DNA of 45,410 nt from Chiloscyllium plagiosum (lineage: Eukaryota): NCBI RefSeq assembly GCF_004010195.1, contig NC_057757.1:5465093-5510502 (forward strand), given 5' to 3'. Of this stretch, positions 1-11,459 are shown piece after piece (the first letter of the stretch is position 1; each line of letters starts with the position of its first letter). The position numbers and the translations under genes were made by a program. Under the pieces are notes generated by a model. It was given only the letters and a program-made list of their open reading frames with translations, was not told where the DNA came from and made no database searches.

Positions 1-467
1 AGGAAGGGAGAGGGAGGGAGGGAATGAGGAAGGAAGGAAGGATAGGAGGGTTGGTGAATGGAGGAAAGAGGAGGTAATAGAGGGGGCTACCTTGAGGGAG
101 TGAGGGAGAACTGAGAATGGGGGAGGGATGGAGGGAGGCGACAGGTGGAAGGGATGGTGTGGAGGGGAGGTAGGGACCGAGGAGAATGGGTGTGCGCCCT
201 GGGTCTGGGAAAGCCTCAGAGCCAAGTGGTCCTTCCCATCTGGAGTAGGGTTTACAGGGACAGGATGTTGAAGACTCAGTCAGACGTCTCTACAGCTCTC
301 AAAGTTATCCCCGGTTTCCCTCCTGGCCAGGGGGCGCTGGAGAACATTTTGGAGTCACTTCCAGCACAGGAAGAGGCCACTCTGCCCATCGCGTTCAATG
401 GCAGCCTACAGAAAGAGGATGGAGACGGGGTCCAGGTAAAAGTGCGGGTCACCGCGGAGGTACTGAC

Positions 468-622
468 CTTTTCTTTGTGGTGATGAGCAGGAGGTCGTTG
501 AAGAGGAAAAGGTAGAGAGGAGAGAGCTTGGGTTTCATCGCAAACAGGTTCCCCCGCGAGCCAATCTCCCACAATTCCCCTCGCTTCTCAAGATGGCGTT
601 GCTGAGAGATGATGGGGATGGC
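468..622 (-). CDS. ARHGEF15: Coding exon 11, PH domain start (AIPIISQQRHLEKRGELWEI...LYLFLFNDLLLITTKK); gene continues beyond window
   Basis: Acceptor ctttctttccAG; donor AG|GTCAGT; 155 nt, phase 0 to 2; PH motif LFLFNDLLLIT. Confidence 0.93.
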
Positions 623-1049
623 CTGGAAAGAAAGGTCACGACAGGGATGGCAAGGGGGAGGGGGAGAAAGGAGAGACAGGAGTCACTGGTTCACCGGCAA
701 AATGGAACCGACGACTGCAAACACCTGCCTTCAGGTAGCGCCCGGAACCTGCCGGCTTGCGGAACAGACGCGACAAAACTGGAAGCCATTCAGCCCTGGG
801 CAAGGAGGACTCAGGTTGCCTTCGCTATGGCACCGTCACTCAGTCGCAGCATGCGCTGCAGCAACTCGCCATAGATCCTCAAACAGCACCTTCCAAACCC
901 ACGGGCCACTTCCACCCAGAAGGCCAAGGGGCAGCAGATACACCAGCCCACCCCCTGCAGGTTCCCCTCTGAGCCCCTCACCATCCTGACTTGGAAATAT
1001 ATCGCTGTTCTTTCAGTCAACGGTATTGAACATTTGTTTAAATAGGGAA

Positions 1050-1730
1050 GAAAAATTGCAGCACACTGCAGTGCAGAGGGATCTGGGAGTCCTGATGCAT
1101 GAATTGTATGAAGTTGGTTTGCAGGTGCAGCAAGTAATGAGGAAGGCAAATGGAATATTGTCCTCCATTGCTAAAGGGGATGGAGTTTAAAAGCAGGAGG
1201 TTATGCTACTGCTATACAGGCCGCACCTGGAGTACTGTGTGCAGTGTTAGTCTCCTTACTCGAGAAAGGACAGACTGGCTCCGGAGGGGGTGCAGAGGAG
1301 GTTTACTCGGTTAATTCTGGAGTCGAGGGGGTTGCCTTATGAGGAGGGATTGAGTAGACTGGAACTATATTCATTGGAATTCAGAAGAATCTTACCGAAA
1401 CATATAAAATTAGGGAGGGAGTAGATGAGATAGAAGCAGGGAGGATGTTTCCACTGGTGGGTGAAACTAGAACTAGGGGCATAGCCTCAAAATAAGGGGG
1501 GAGCAGATTTAGGACAGAGTTGAGGAGGAATTTCCTTCACGCAAAGGGTTGTGAATCTGTGATATTCCCCGCCCAGTCGAGGCTAACTCGTTGAACGTTG
1601 ATGGATTTTGAAATGGGAAAGGAGTTAAGGGTCAGTGTGAGCGGGCGGGTAAGGGGAGCCAGGACTTACTGAATGACAGGGCAGGCCCGAGGGGCCAAAC
1701 GGCCTACTCCTGCTCCTGTTTCTTATGTTC
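1050..1730 (+). mobile_element. 5'-truncated CR1-like LINE (RT C-terminus and 3' tail); boundaries approximate
   Basis: Degenerate PHLEYCVQ / YEE.LSRL.LYSLEFRR coding remnant, followed by the ggcctactcctgctcctgtttcttatgttc tail. Confidence 0.8.
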
Positions 1731-1907
1731 CAAATCCAGGAAGTGCTCAGGAACAACGTGGGGCTCTGATGGGACGGTGGGATAGGAAGGGTCAAGGCTT
1801 TGCTTTTTCGGAATATAGGAAGAGAGCAGTCTTTGCGAATGTCAGGGGCTGTTCAAACACCAGCCAGCGGGAGTATGGTTTCAGAACCTTGGCCTTTTTT
1901 ACTGCAC

Positions 1908-2000
1908 CTTCAGCTTGTCAAATTCCAGCTTCTTTCCGATGTGGATCATTTCCTCCATTTGCTTCATTATCCCGACTTCTCGGTTGCATTCTCCAATTAT
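1908..2000 (-). CDS. ARHGEF15: Coding exon 10, DH-PH linker (IIGECNREVGIMKQMEEMIHIGKKLEFDKLK)
   Basis: Acceptor ctctttccAG; donor AAG|GTGCAG; 93 nt, phase 0-0; ephexin CN.EVG.MKQ.EE motif. Confidence 0.93.
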
Positions 2001-2169
2001 CTGGAAAGAGACGGAAGTTGTAACTGAAAACACAGGGATCGGGACAGAGCTGGCCTCTCCCTGGGAGGGAGGGAGCGGAGTCCACACAGCCAGAGGAGCC
2101 CAGTCACCAGGAAACTACAACTACCAGGATCACACACACAGCAACTCCATTACAGTCAGGGGGCATCAG

Positions 2170-2492
2170 GAAGATGAGCTTTACTCTATATCAAACCCTG
2201 TGCTGCAAGGGTTTGATGGAGGGAGGGGGATCAGTGTAGAGGGAGCTTTACTCTGTACCTAATCCTGTGCTGTATGTGTCCTGGGAGTGTCTGATAGGGG
2301 GACAGTGTAGAGGGAGCTTTACTCTGTACCTAAATCCGTGCTGTCCCTGTCCTGGGAGTGTCTGATGGGGGACAGTGTAGAGGGAGCTTTACTCTGTATC
2401 TAACCCTGTGTTGTTGTTGTCCTGGGAGTTTTTTTGATGGGGACATAGCGTAAAGGGAGCTTTACTCTGTATCTAACCCTGTGCTGTCCCTG
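2170..2492. repeat. Minisatellite, ~69-bp unit (gggacagtgtagagggagctttactctgtatctaaccctgtgctgtccctgtcctgggagtgtctgatgg), ~4.5 copies
   Basis: Direct repeats are visible; a single inverted partial copy lies at ~34888-34942. Confidence 0.9.
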
Positions 2493-2556
2493 ATTTGGTG
2501 ACCATGTTTGGCAGTAACTGCTGACTGTGGGCAGTGCTTTAATGGACAGGCCTTAC

Positions 2557-2631
2557 CTTGGAAACGAGGCCTAGAGCCTTCGAGGCCGTTTCCTCATTGA
2601 CAGACCCGACTTCCGATCGCTGGAGTATGTT
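2557..2631 (-). CDS. ARHGEF15: Coding exon 9, DH domain (NILQRSEVGSVNEETASKALGLVSK)
   Basis: Acceptor ctccttcAG; donor AAG|GTAAGG; 75 nt, phase 0-0. Confidence 0.93.
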
Positions 2632-2971
2632 CTGAAGGAGACAAGAGCATCTTTAGAGCCTGGATCAACACTAAAAGCAACATGGGAGCCTACATTTTGA
2701 TAGCACCAAGGCTGTGCACTTCATGAGCTATAATCTCAGAAAACCAATCTGTGCACAGAAAGATCCTACAAACTGCAGCATGAAATAACAACAATCTGAA
2801 TCTACCCCTGTTGTTTTTTATCTAAAAAATATTCTTTCAGGGACGTGGGGGTCACTGGGTGAGGCAGGTCTTTGTTGACCATTTCCAAATTACCCCCCTT
2901 GCCCCAATCAAAGCAGTTTGGTCAGCCACGACAGACCACACTCCACACCCTACACCCAACCTCCACATTTC

Positions 2972-3200
2972 AGGGCAGCTCAGTGGTAAGGACTGCTGCC
3001 TCACAGCGCCAGGGACCCAGGCCTGTGTGGAGTTTGCACATTCCCCCCCTGTCCGGGTGCTCCGGTTTCCTCCCACAGTCCAGGAGACGTGCAGGTTAGG
3101 GTGGATTGGCCATGAGGCATGTGGGGTTATGGTGATAGGGTGGGTCTGGGTGGGATGCTCTTCAGGCAGACTCGATGGGCTGAATGGCCAGGGTGTTGTC
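2972..3200 (+). mobile_element. HE1-like (V-SINE) SINE, degenerate
   Basis: gctcagtggt..actgctgcctcacagcgccagggaccc head followed by the tgtgtggagtttgcacatt core. Confidence 0.8.
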
Positions 3201-3307
3201 CTCGACTCTGGGTGGGTTACACAACCCATTAGGATCAATTTCAGCAATTCCTTGTAAGGCACACTCTTCTCCCAGCTTCCTGACCCACACCCTCAAAGGG
3301 CCCTCTC

Positions 3308-3341
<34 letters not shown>

Positions 3342-3648
3342 CCCTCTCCACCCTCACCCCCACCGTAGACCCCCCTCTGTCTCCCTCATCCTCTGTGGTC
3401 TCTCTCTCTCTCTCTCTGTGCCCCCCCCCTCCTGTGGGCTCTCTCCCTGCCCCTCNNNNNNNNNNNNNNNNNNNTGGCCCCTCTCTTTCCCCCCCTCTCC
3501 CCTAACCCACTGTGGGCTCTCTCTCTTTCTCTTCCCCCACCCCTCACCTAGTGTGGGCCCTCTCTCTCTCCCCTCTGGGCCGTTCCCCCTCTCCATTGCT
3601 GATGTCCCTCCCAGTCAGAGCTCCCCTCCCCCGAGGCCCCAGGCCTAC

Positions 3649-3778
3649 CTCAATCAGCATCTTAATGCGTGTGATTCGCTGGAAAGGGAGCAGCAGGAAG
3701 GACATGAGGGGGAGCCTCTGGCACCTGGGCTGCTCCTGAAGACGGACAACAACGGCTGCAAATTGAGAATTCTCCTCC
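3649..3778 (-). CDS. ARHGEF15: Coding exon 8, DH domain (EENSQFAAVVVRLQEQPRCQRLPLMSFLLLPFQRITRIKMLIE)
   Basis: Acceptor cccacAG; donor GAG|GTAGGC; 130 nt, phase 2 to 0; DH CR3 motif SFLLLPFQRITR. Confidence 0.95.
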
Positions 3779-4738
3779 CTGTGGGTGAGAGAGAGGGTCA
3801 CGGCAAGGGTCACAGTCAGGGACAGGGCCTACCCCCTCACTCTCCATGGGCCCTCCCTCCCTCTCTCCCCCCCCCCAACCACCACTGTGGGCCTCCCTCT
3901 CTGAGGGACAGTACAGAGCCTATCCCCCTCACTCTCCGTGGGCCCTCTCTCTCTCTGAGGGACAGGGACAGGGACAGTGACAGGGTGAGGGTTAAGGTCA
4001 CGGTGAAAGTGAGGCCATCAGCCCATCGTCTCCAGCACCCCTCCAACACATACACACACAACCCCACCCATCACAGACCTCTCACCCCCCCGCCCCCACA
4101 CATACTGACCCATTACCCTCCTGCACCAACAATCCCTACGCCCCTCCCCAACTCCTTTAGGAGAGGGAGCGCCATCGCATTCGGAACCTGCCCCTCGATC
4201 ACCAACAACAACCACCAACTGCCTTCAGATGGCGACTTCGACATGGGTTTCCCCACAAGCAAACATCATCATCAGAGGAAACGGGGTGAACCGATAAGGG
4301 CGGCGATGAGGAGCCATTTCCTCACCCACAGAGCAACGAGCCTGTGGAATTCATTACCACAGGGAGGAGCCGACGCAAAAACATTGAATGTATTCGAGAG
4401 GCGGCTGGATATAGCCCTTGGGGTGAACGGGGCCAAAGCAGGATTAGGATACTGAGTTGGACGATCAGCCATGATCGTCATGAATGGCAGGGCAGGCTCA
4501 ATGGGCCGAACGGTCTGCTCCTATCCTGAGAGACAGTGATAGCCAGAGAGCTCTGTTGAAGCTGGGGTTACAGAAAGAGAGAACTGGGGCTAATTTCGGG
4601 CCTGGTGGTATTGGAGGTGATCTGAACCCGCCTTGTCGTGTTAACGACAATTCAAGATAGCGGCTCACTATCACCTTCTCGAGGGGCAATAATCCCATGA
4701 ATAAGATGAGAAAAAAAAAGACCGGAACGATATCTTAC

Positions 4739-4891
4739 ATCAGTTGGCTGTACTTCTGTTCCTGGTAGAGCTGGTTACGTACATAGTCAACATACACCTG
4801 GAAATTGTGCTGGGCGTGGAAATAAATTATGTCGCAGACGTCAGTTATCATGATACTCTCATCCATCCGCTCTTCAAGATCCTTCAGGAAA
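4739..4891 (-). CDS. ARHGEF15: Coding exon 7, DH domain (FLKDLEERMDESIMITDVCDIIYFHAQHNFQVYVDYVRNQLYQEQKYSQL)
   Basis: Acceptor aaacAG; donor AT|GTAAGA; 153 nt, phase 2-2; VYVDYVRNQ.YQE is ARHGEF15-like. Confidence 0.95.
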
Positions 4892-5505
4892 CTGTTTTTA
4901 AAAAGACACAGGCAAAAATGATCTTCCTTGCAGGTTAATATTGACTTCGCCAGGTATCTGCCAGGTCAGAGGTTTCTCGCAGTTGGCTTGGGCCTACTGA
5001 TCACCATGGCGACGGGGCCTAGATTTGAGGGCTCGCTTAAGGGAGGACAGTGAGTGACAATGCTGCCCAGCACTTCCATTTTGTTTTTAAAAATAAAAGC
5101 CCACAAAAGACTGGAGCAGTCTCCAGGAAATCTTTCATGGTACCAGTTAGGCTGGTGCCGGTGGTAATGGCTTCACAGAGGGCAAGATGCCGAGCCATCT
5201 CTCCTTGATTCGGCAAGGAAACAGGCAAGTGTTAAAGAATCACAGAACGGTTACACCACGGAGGACAGCTCTCAGGTGCTTACTTTCCTCTCTGCGAGAT
5301 TAATTCACCCCGATCCCACTCTCCTTGGCTCTTCCCCTAGAACACTGCGAACATTCCCTGACATTTAGCCAATTCCCTTTGGAAACCCAGACTGACCCTG
5401 ACCTTGCCCCTATCTGCGTGCGAGGTTTCTCCTCGCGCTCCGATGTTGGATACCCCTGGGTGAGGCCTTTAGTGACTGGGTCCACCTTAGTTGTCTGTAC
5501 CGTAC

Positions 5506-5666
5506 CTTTCACTGACTTCTTTCACCCTGGTGATGCAGGAAAAGAGGGTCTTTTTGTCTCGTAAGATGATGGTGTCGTTCAGGTCCCTGCTGTTCATGAA
5601 GTGCTCAATGAGGACGTTCAGGCTGCGGAGGTAGGAGGCCTCGGACGTCAGCACCTCGAACATACT
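5506..5666 (-). CDS. ARHGEF15: Coding exon 6, DH domain start (SMFEVLTSEASYLRSLNVLIEHF...VKEVSE)
   Basis: Acceptor ttgttgcAG; donor AG|GTACGG; 161 nt, phase 0 to 2; canonical DH CR1 helix FEVxTSEASYLRSL. Confidence 0.95.
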
Positions 5667-6171
5667 CTGCAACAAAGCACAGGCCACTGAGTCACTCCCT
5701 CCAAGGCCGATCTAATCACCGCCCACACCTTCAGATCGGGAAGGCCAACAGCTCCAATGGGATCATGGCTATCCTCAACTTCCTATCTCCCCCATCCCTC
5801 GCAACCCTGGATTCCCTTCCCCATTAAAAACCTGCCTCAATCTTCAAGCATATTTACTAACTGAGCCTCTGTGGTAAGTAATTCCATAAATTCACTGTCA
5901 TTAGGAATAGGAGCAGGAGGAGGCTATCTGGCCCATCAAGCCTGCCCTCCATTCAGTAAGATCACGGCTGATCTTTTTTGTGGACTCAGCTCCACTCACC
6001 CTCACCCTTAGTTCCTTTGCTGTTCCAAAAGCTATTTATCAACATTCAACGAGGTAGCCACAACTGGGTAGGGAATTCCACAGATTCACAACCCTTTGGG
6101 TGAAGATGTTCCTCCTCAATTCAGTCCAAAATCTGCTCCCCCCCCTCCCCCCCTTATTTAGAGACTATGCC

Positions 6172-6332
6172 GAGCTGAAAATATGTTGCTGGAACAGCGC
6201 AGCAGGTCAGGCAGCATCCAGGGAACAGGAGAATCGACGTTTCGGGCATAAGCCCTTCTTCAGGGTTCCTGCGCTGTTCCAGCAACACATTTTCAGGTCT
6301 GATCTCCAGCATCTGCAGACCTCACTTTCTCC
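6172..6332 (-). mobile_element. Short Penelope-derived element with hammerhead motif, inserted in a CR1 fragment
   Basis: Exact 14-bp direct repeat ttagagactatgcc at 6158-6171 and 6333-6346; internal inverted repeat. Confidence 0.75.
6231..6268 (-). ncRNA. Minimal type-I hammerhead ribozyme motif (Penelope type)
   Basis: Minus strand reads GAACC-CUGAAGA-A-GGGC-UUAU-GCCC-GAAAC-GUC-GAUUC: intact core, helix II, palindromic ACGU in place of helix III, helix I 4/5 pairs. Confidence 0.7.
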
Positions 6333-6876
6333 TTAGAGACTATGCCCCCTAGTTCGAGTTTCAACCACCAGTGAAAACAGCCTCTCTACTTCCATCTTAT
6401 CTATTTCCCCTCATAACTTTATACGTTTCTATAAGATCGTCCCTCATTCTTTTAAATTCCAATGAATATAATCCCAGTCGACTCAATCTCTCCTCATAAA
6501 CCAACCGCCTTAACTGTGGAATAAACCCAGTGAATCACCTCCTCCAGTGCCAGTTTCTCAAGTAAGGAGACCAAAACTGTACGTAGTACTCCACTGCAGC
6601 ATGGCCTCCCTGCTTTTAAAATCCATCCCTTTAGCAACGAAGGCCCTCAAAATAAAATCCCCCTCATCTCGGTCTTAAAAGTTTGAATCAGAAGTCACCA
6701 GATAATAGTCCAACAGGTTTATACGAAATCACAAGCGCTGCTCCTGCGTTGCGATAACGTCTGGTCTGGCCAAGGGGAAAACAACCTTTCCAGAACAACT
6801 GTGTCAAGTCCTCTAGGAATCCAAATGTTCTTCTGAACCCCAATGAGTACAGTTTGAAAATAGTTGCCTCCATTAC

Positions 6877-7551
6877 TGTTTGGACAGAGTAAACCCCCCT
6901 CTACTAATTTAAATCAACACCACAGAAAAGATTCATCCTGTGTAGTAATCTGTTAAAATTCAAGAGGAAAAGAACTAGCCCAAAAGTCACTGAGTAAAAA
7001 TTAACACCTTTATTCTTTAAGTCTAACAGAGAATATTAACTAACAACAATTTCCAACTCCTTTAACTTAAGCCTGTCTTTTACCTCCCGCTAGTTTTTGA
7101 TTTACGAAAAAAGAAAATCACGTTTCAAAACCAGTCAGCTTTGCCAAATCTCCTTTGGAGATTCCCTCCAGGTTGGTTGCTATGTTCTGTTGCGCAGACG
7201 TCTTCCACAGACAGGTACCTCTCGGAGAGCTCTTAAACTAGCAGACTACATCTATTGGTCTTTTGGTAGTTCTCCCTCAACTGTTCAAAAATGTACCCCA
7301 TTTCATTGATTTTAACATTATCAAAATACTAAATTCAAACTTGATTGGAGTTTGGTATCTCGGGGCATAATTTAAATGGATTGGTTAAATTTGAATTTGT
7401 TTTTGTCGCGTGGCAACCCGTCTACTGCTAGCTGTTTCGACCGCAATGTTACACTGTTACCTTGTTCAGAACACTTTGTGCTTTGTCAGGCAGCCCTTGC
7501 TGGCGTTTCGACTCTCTTAAAGATACAGTACACCTCTACACCTTCGTAACA
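6877..7551 (-). mobile_element. Solo LTR (675 bp)
   Basis: Termini TGTT...AACA; flanks ATTAC (6872-6876) and ACTAC (7552-7556) form a 5-bp TSD with one mismatch; minus-strand AATAAA at 7009-7014; no internal ORFs. Confidence 0.65.
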
Positions 7552-7946
7552 ACTACCTAGGAACAGTCAACACCCGAAAGCACATAAATAATGGTGAATG
7601 ACACAAGTTCGGTTCAAGGTGTTGGCTTTAAGAAACATCTCAAAAGAATTGGAATTCGGTTTATCAAGTGACACCACAACACGAGTACTGTGTACAACGT
7701 CACCAACACACGCCACGCTCTCAGGTACAAAGTACCTCGGTAAAAAAATCTTTAGGTATGAAAGAAAAAGAGAAAAGAAAGAAAAAAGTTACACTGCATT
7801 ACAGATACACTTAGCATAAGTCAGGCTACAGCCCTTTCTATAAAAAGGGGAGAGACAGAGCGGTTTAGGGAGAGATTTCCAGAGGGCGGGACCTCAGTCA
7901 ATGAGAGAATAATTCAAATTGACAAGTGCTGGAGAGACCAGATACC

Positions 7947-8659
7947 GAAATACTGTCATCCCCTTTTTTAACCCCTCACCGGTCCTGGTACCCCCGATTA
8001 TTTTTATACTGGAAATGTTTCATGTAAACAGGTCACGTTGTTACCGCACCCACTCGCCAGCAGAGGCGCTGCTGCACTACTAGGAGAAAACTGACGAGTA
8101 TGGAGATTTGAGGGCTGTTGGACTAGAGGAGGTGACATAATGAGGGAGCATGGGGTGTGATGAGAATTTTTAATGAGGCACTGATTTAAATGGAGGCAAA
8201 TACAATAGGGGCATTTAAGGGGCTTTCAGAAAAGCACATGAAAATGCAAGATTTAGCAGGATATGGAGCAAGGACAGGTAGAAAGGATTAATTTAAATTT
8301 GGCGTCAGGTTCAGCACAGCAAAGTGGGCCGAAGGGCCTGTTGCTGTGCTACAGAGCCAGGGGGTCAGCAGTGCAGAGTTGACCAATGAAATGCAGTCTC
8401 TATTTTAAAAGGTCAATATCTGGGCCCCTTCAGCCCATCTACCTGAACCACCTCCATCTCGCCTTCCCCTTGTCCCACCATAACCCCACAACGAATGCCT
8501 CTCGTCCTCAGCCATGAAGTAACTACGCCGCGCCGCCATTTTCTCACCAGTAGCACAGCAGCGCCTCTGCTGGTGAGAGGGCGCGGTTACAGCGTGACCT
8601 GTTTACATGGAACGTTTCCAGTATAAAAATAACTCGAAAAAAGGGGATGGCAATATTTC
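7947..8659. repeat. Long imperfect inverted repeat (arms 7947-8090 and 8539-8659, ~450 bp spacer)
   Basis: Arms align as reverse complements, e.g. ttatttttatactggaaa, catgtaaacaggtcacg, ccagcagaggcgctgctg, gagaaaa. Confidence 0.85.
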
Positions 8660-9736
8660 AGATAATGAATAGGTCGATAAAAATCTGCGGAAAGCAGTGT
8701 GGGAGATGAGAGACACGGGATTTTTCACATGAATAACATCTTTTAAGGATGGTCTCAGAAATTCTAGTTTCAATTCGGCCCTCTTTAATCCCAAAATGCT
8801 TAACCTTCACTAACAGAGTAGTCATTCATCAGACTGTCACGCAAGGCCCAATAAACTGTGAATGACAGTAAATCCTTGTTGAAGAGAAATGGGTCTTCAT
8901 CGCTGACCTTCAAACCTTAATCCCTGCCAATAAGCGCTGCTGTGTCCAAAAGATCTTTGATCACATTCCCATCGTTATTAAGATCACTGACTTAAAAAAA
9001 AAACACGCTTCAACAAGACGGTCGAAGGCAAAACCTTGCCTTGATATAGTGCCACCCGAGACCATCCCACTGAGGCACCCATCAGTCCTGTGATGGAGGA
9101 AAACGGGGTGGCCATTTTTGCACAGCAAGATCCCACTACCAACTCACTTCCCTTCAGGCCCAAAAAGAGAAAATGACAAACAAATAATCGTCACGTTGCT
9201 TAGGGGCTAACTGTCGGCCCAGGGGTGGGGTGCAGGCCAAGGAGGGGGGGGGGGGGGGGGGGATGGCACAGTAGAGCTTCCCTGCTCCCCATTCCCAAAA
9301 TAACAGCCGTGGGATCTTACCCATCCATCTCACCGACCGGCCCAGCTCTCGGTTTAGGCTCATCTCCGGCCCCCTAACACGGGGTCAGGGTAGGGGAAGG
9401 GGAGCTAGACATTGTAGACGGTACAAACGATCTCAAAAGGAAATCCTGGTGAGCTAAGAAAGGATTAATCCAGCCATTGCTTGAAGATTTGTTCTGTCTC
9501 AAATTAAACTGCCGGAGAAATGCTCACGAGAGGTTTGCTCGACATGGATTACATCTTTCTGTCTCCTCAGTGCTCCTGCCCAGTCTACCCTTCCTAGACC
9601 GGGAATTCCTAAGTCGGACACAGGGATATTTTCCACTTGACGATGCCAATGGGAGCTTCTACTGAGTTGGCATCAAGGCCTGGCAGAGGGAGGGAATTGC
9701 ACCAAAGGGCTCACTCATGATGATGGCTGCCCAATT

Positions 9737-10100
9737 CAGTCTGGCCTCCCGGCGACAGTAGGCCCGGAGTCTGGCCTCCCGGCGACAGTATGCCCACAGC
9801 CCGGACCCTTGGCGGCAGGAGACCTGGAGCCTGGCCTCTTGGCGACAGTAGGCCTGGAGCCCGGACCCTTGGCAGCAGGAGACCTGGAGCCTGGCCTCCC
9901 GGCGACAGTAGGCCTGGACCCCGGACCCTTGGCAGCAGGAGACCTGGAGCCTGGCCTCTTGGCGACAGTAGGCCTGGAGCCCGGACCCTTGGCAGCAGGA
10001 GACCTGGAGCCTGGCCTCTTGGCGACAGTAGGCCTGGAGCCCGCACCCTTGGCAGCAGGAGACCTGGAGCCTGGCCTCTTGGTGACAGTAGGCCCACAGC
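9737..10100. repeat. GC-rich minisatellite, 60-bp unit made of two related 30-mers, ~6 units
   Basis: ggcgacagtaggcctggagcccggaccctt + ggcagcaggagacctggagcctggcctctt repeated in register on consecutive lines. Confidence 0.95.
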
Positions 10101-11217
10101 TCCGATGCTGCCATGGTAGCGGAACCAGGGTCTCCTGGGGCAACTCCATCTTCATTGCTGTTCTTGGGGCAGGACCCCCTTGAGGCCCACAACACCTTGC
10201 AGAAGCCCTGAAGCCTAGTTTGAACCGAAGGTAACCACTTACTTGAGTCATTTCTTTTTATCCTTATCGTAACTCAAAAGTGGCACAAAATATCTTTAAG
10301 ATATATAGCGACAACCAATAACTAGATACGCGTGTATATAGACACAAATAGAAACTTGGGCACGGCCACAGAGTGTTGCCGCGAGGAATCCTGTAGTCCA
10401 ATAGCCAGCTAACCTCTGGTTAAGACCCACAGATTTGTGCCCGACACACTTCCCTCGGAGTGTAGGGATGTAGGCAAAGGGAGAAATTGAGGGGGGTCGG
10501 GAGGGGTAGGTAGGGACGGCACAATCAGATCAGCTATTAGGATAGCAGAGAAACAGAATGGAGGTGACAAGGGGGCTGAATGCCCCCCATTCCAACTCCC
10601 GTCTGTTGAATTCCGCCTTCACAGGGCTCCTAAGCTGTCTCTACCCGCCCCAGAGTTTGTAGCTCAGGGTCACACGAAGGTGAGAACATAAGAACCAGGA
10701 GCGGGCCGTTCGGCCCTTCGAGCCTGCTCCGCCATTCAATAAGATGGCGGCTGATCGTTTCGTGGCCTCAGCTCCACTTAACCCGTCCCCATCGCTCTAA
10801 CCCTTAATTCCTCCGTTGGTCAAAAAATATCCAACATCACTTTAAAAGCATTTACTGAAGTAGCGGTCAACGACTTCCCTGGGCGGGGAATTCCATAGAT
10901 TTCCAACCCTCTGGGTGAAGAAGTTCCATCTCAATTAAGGGGAGCGGATTTAGAATGGAATTTCGAGGCTATGCCCTCTTGTCCCAGTTGCACCCGCCAG
11001 TAGGAAACATCCTCTCTATTTCTATCTTATCTATTCCCTTCATAATTTTATACGTTTCCATAAAGATCCTCCCCTCATTTCTCCTAAATTCCAACGAATG
11101 GAATCCCAGTCTCTCGCCCATAAATCCCCTCAACTCCCGGCGCTCGAGCGAGAATGTTTCCCCCACTTCCTCCCCAACACCCTGTGTCCCTCCCCCACTC
11201 TCGCCAACCCTCCTCAC

Positions 11218-11459
11218 CTCCTGGAGCCTGCATTCCTGCTGGCTCAGGTCAGTCAGGATCCCACTCTGTCGCACTGTGTTCAGGTTCTGCCACAGGGCCT
11301 GCAGCCTCGGAGTCTGGAGGGAGGCGGCGTCGCCGTCGGGAACCAGGGGGATGCTCTCGTAGGCGTAGTCCTCGCTGGTCTTGCTGGAGTCTCGCATCAG
11401 GGTCTGCCGTTTAATCTCCTTCTTGATCACCGTCTCCCTGTACGTTTGGTACAAAGGTT
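11218..11459 (-). CDS. ARHGEF15: Ephexin-family RhoGEF coding exon 5 (EPLYQTYRE...LWQNLNTVRQSGILTDLSQQECRLQE)
   Basis: Acceptor tttggttctAG; donor GAG|GTGAGG; 242 nt, phase 1 to 0. EPLYQTYR and the LWQ..V..SG.L..LS.QE..LQE segment are ephexin hallmarks; PLYQTYR is the ARHGEF15-type motif as I recall it. Confidence 0.92.

Noticed and set aside
276..406. Possible next exon after a tctgtAG acceptor (RLPLNAMGRV...ETSD*)
   Set aside because: Does not resemble the expected PH continuation (DYAHRSLV-type) and stops early; the true exon probably lies outside the window.
3184..4455. 423-aa plus-strand ORF
   Set aside because: Low-complexity CT/C-rich sequence spanning a gap, antisense to a real exon, ending in a CR1 remnant.
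9659..10195. Cys-rich repetitive ORF resembling a keratin-associated protein
   Set aside because: Product of the 60-bp minisatellite; several frames are equally open and no splice support was found.
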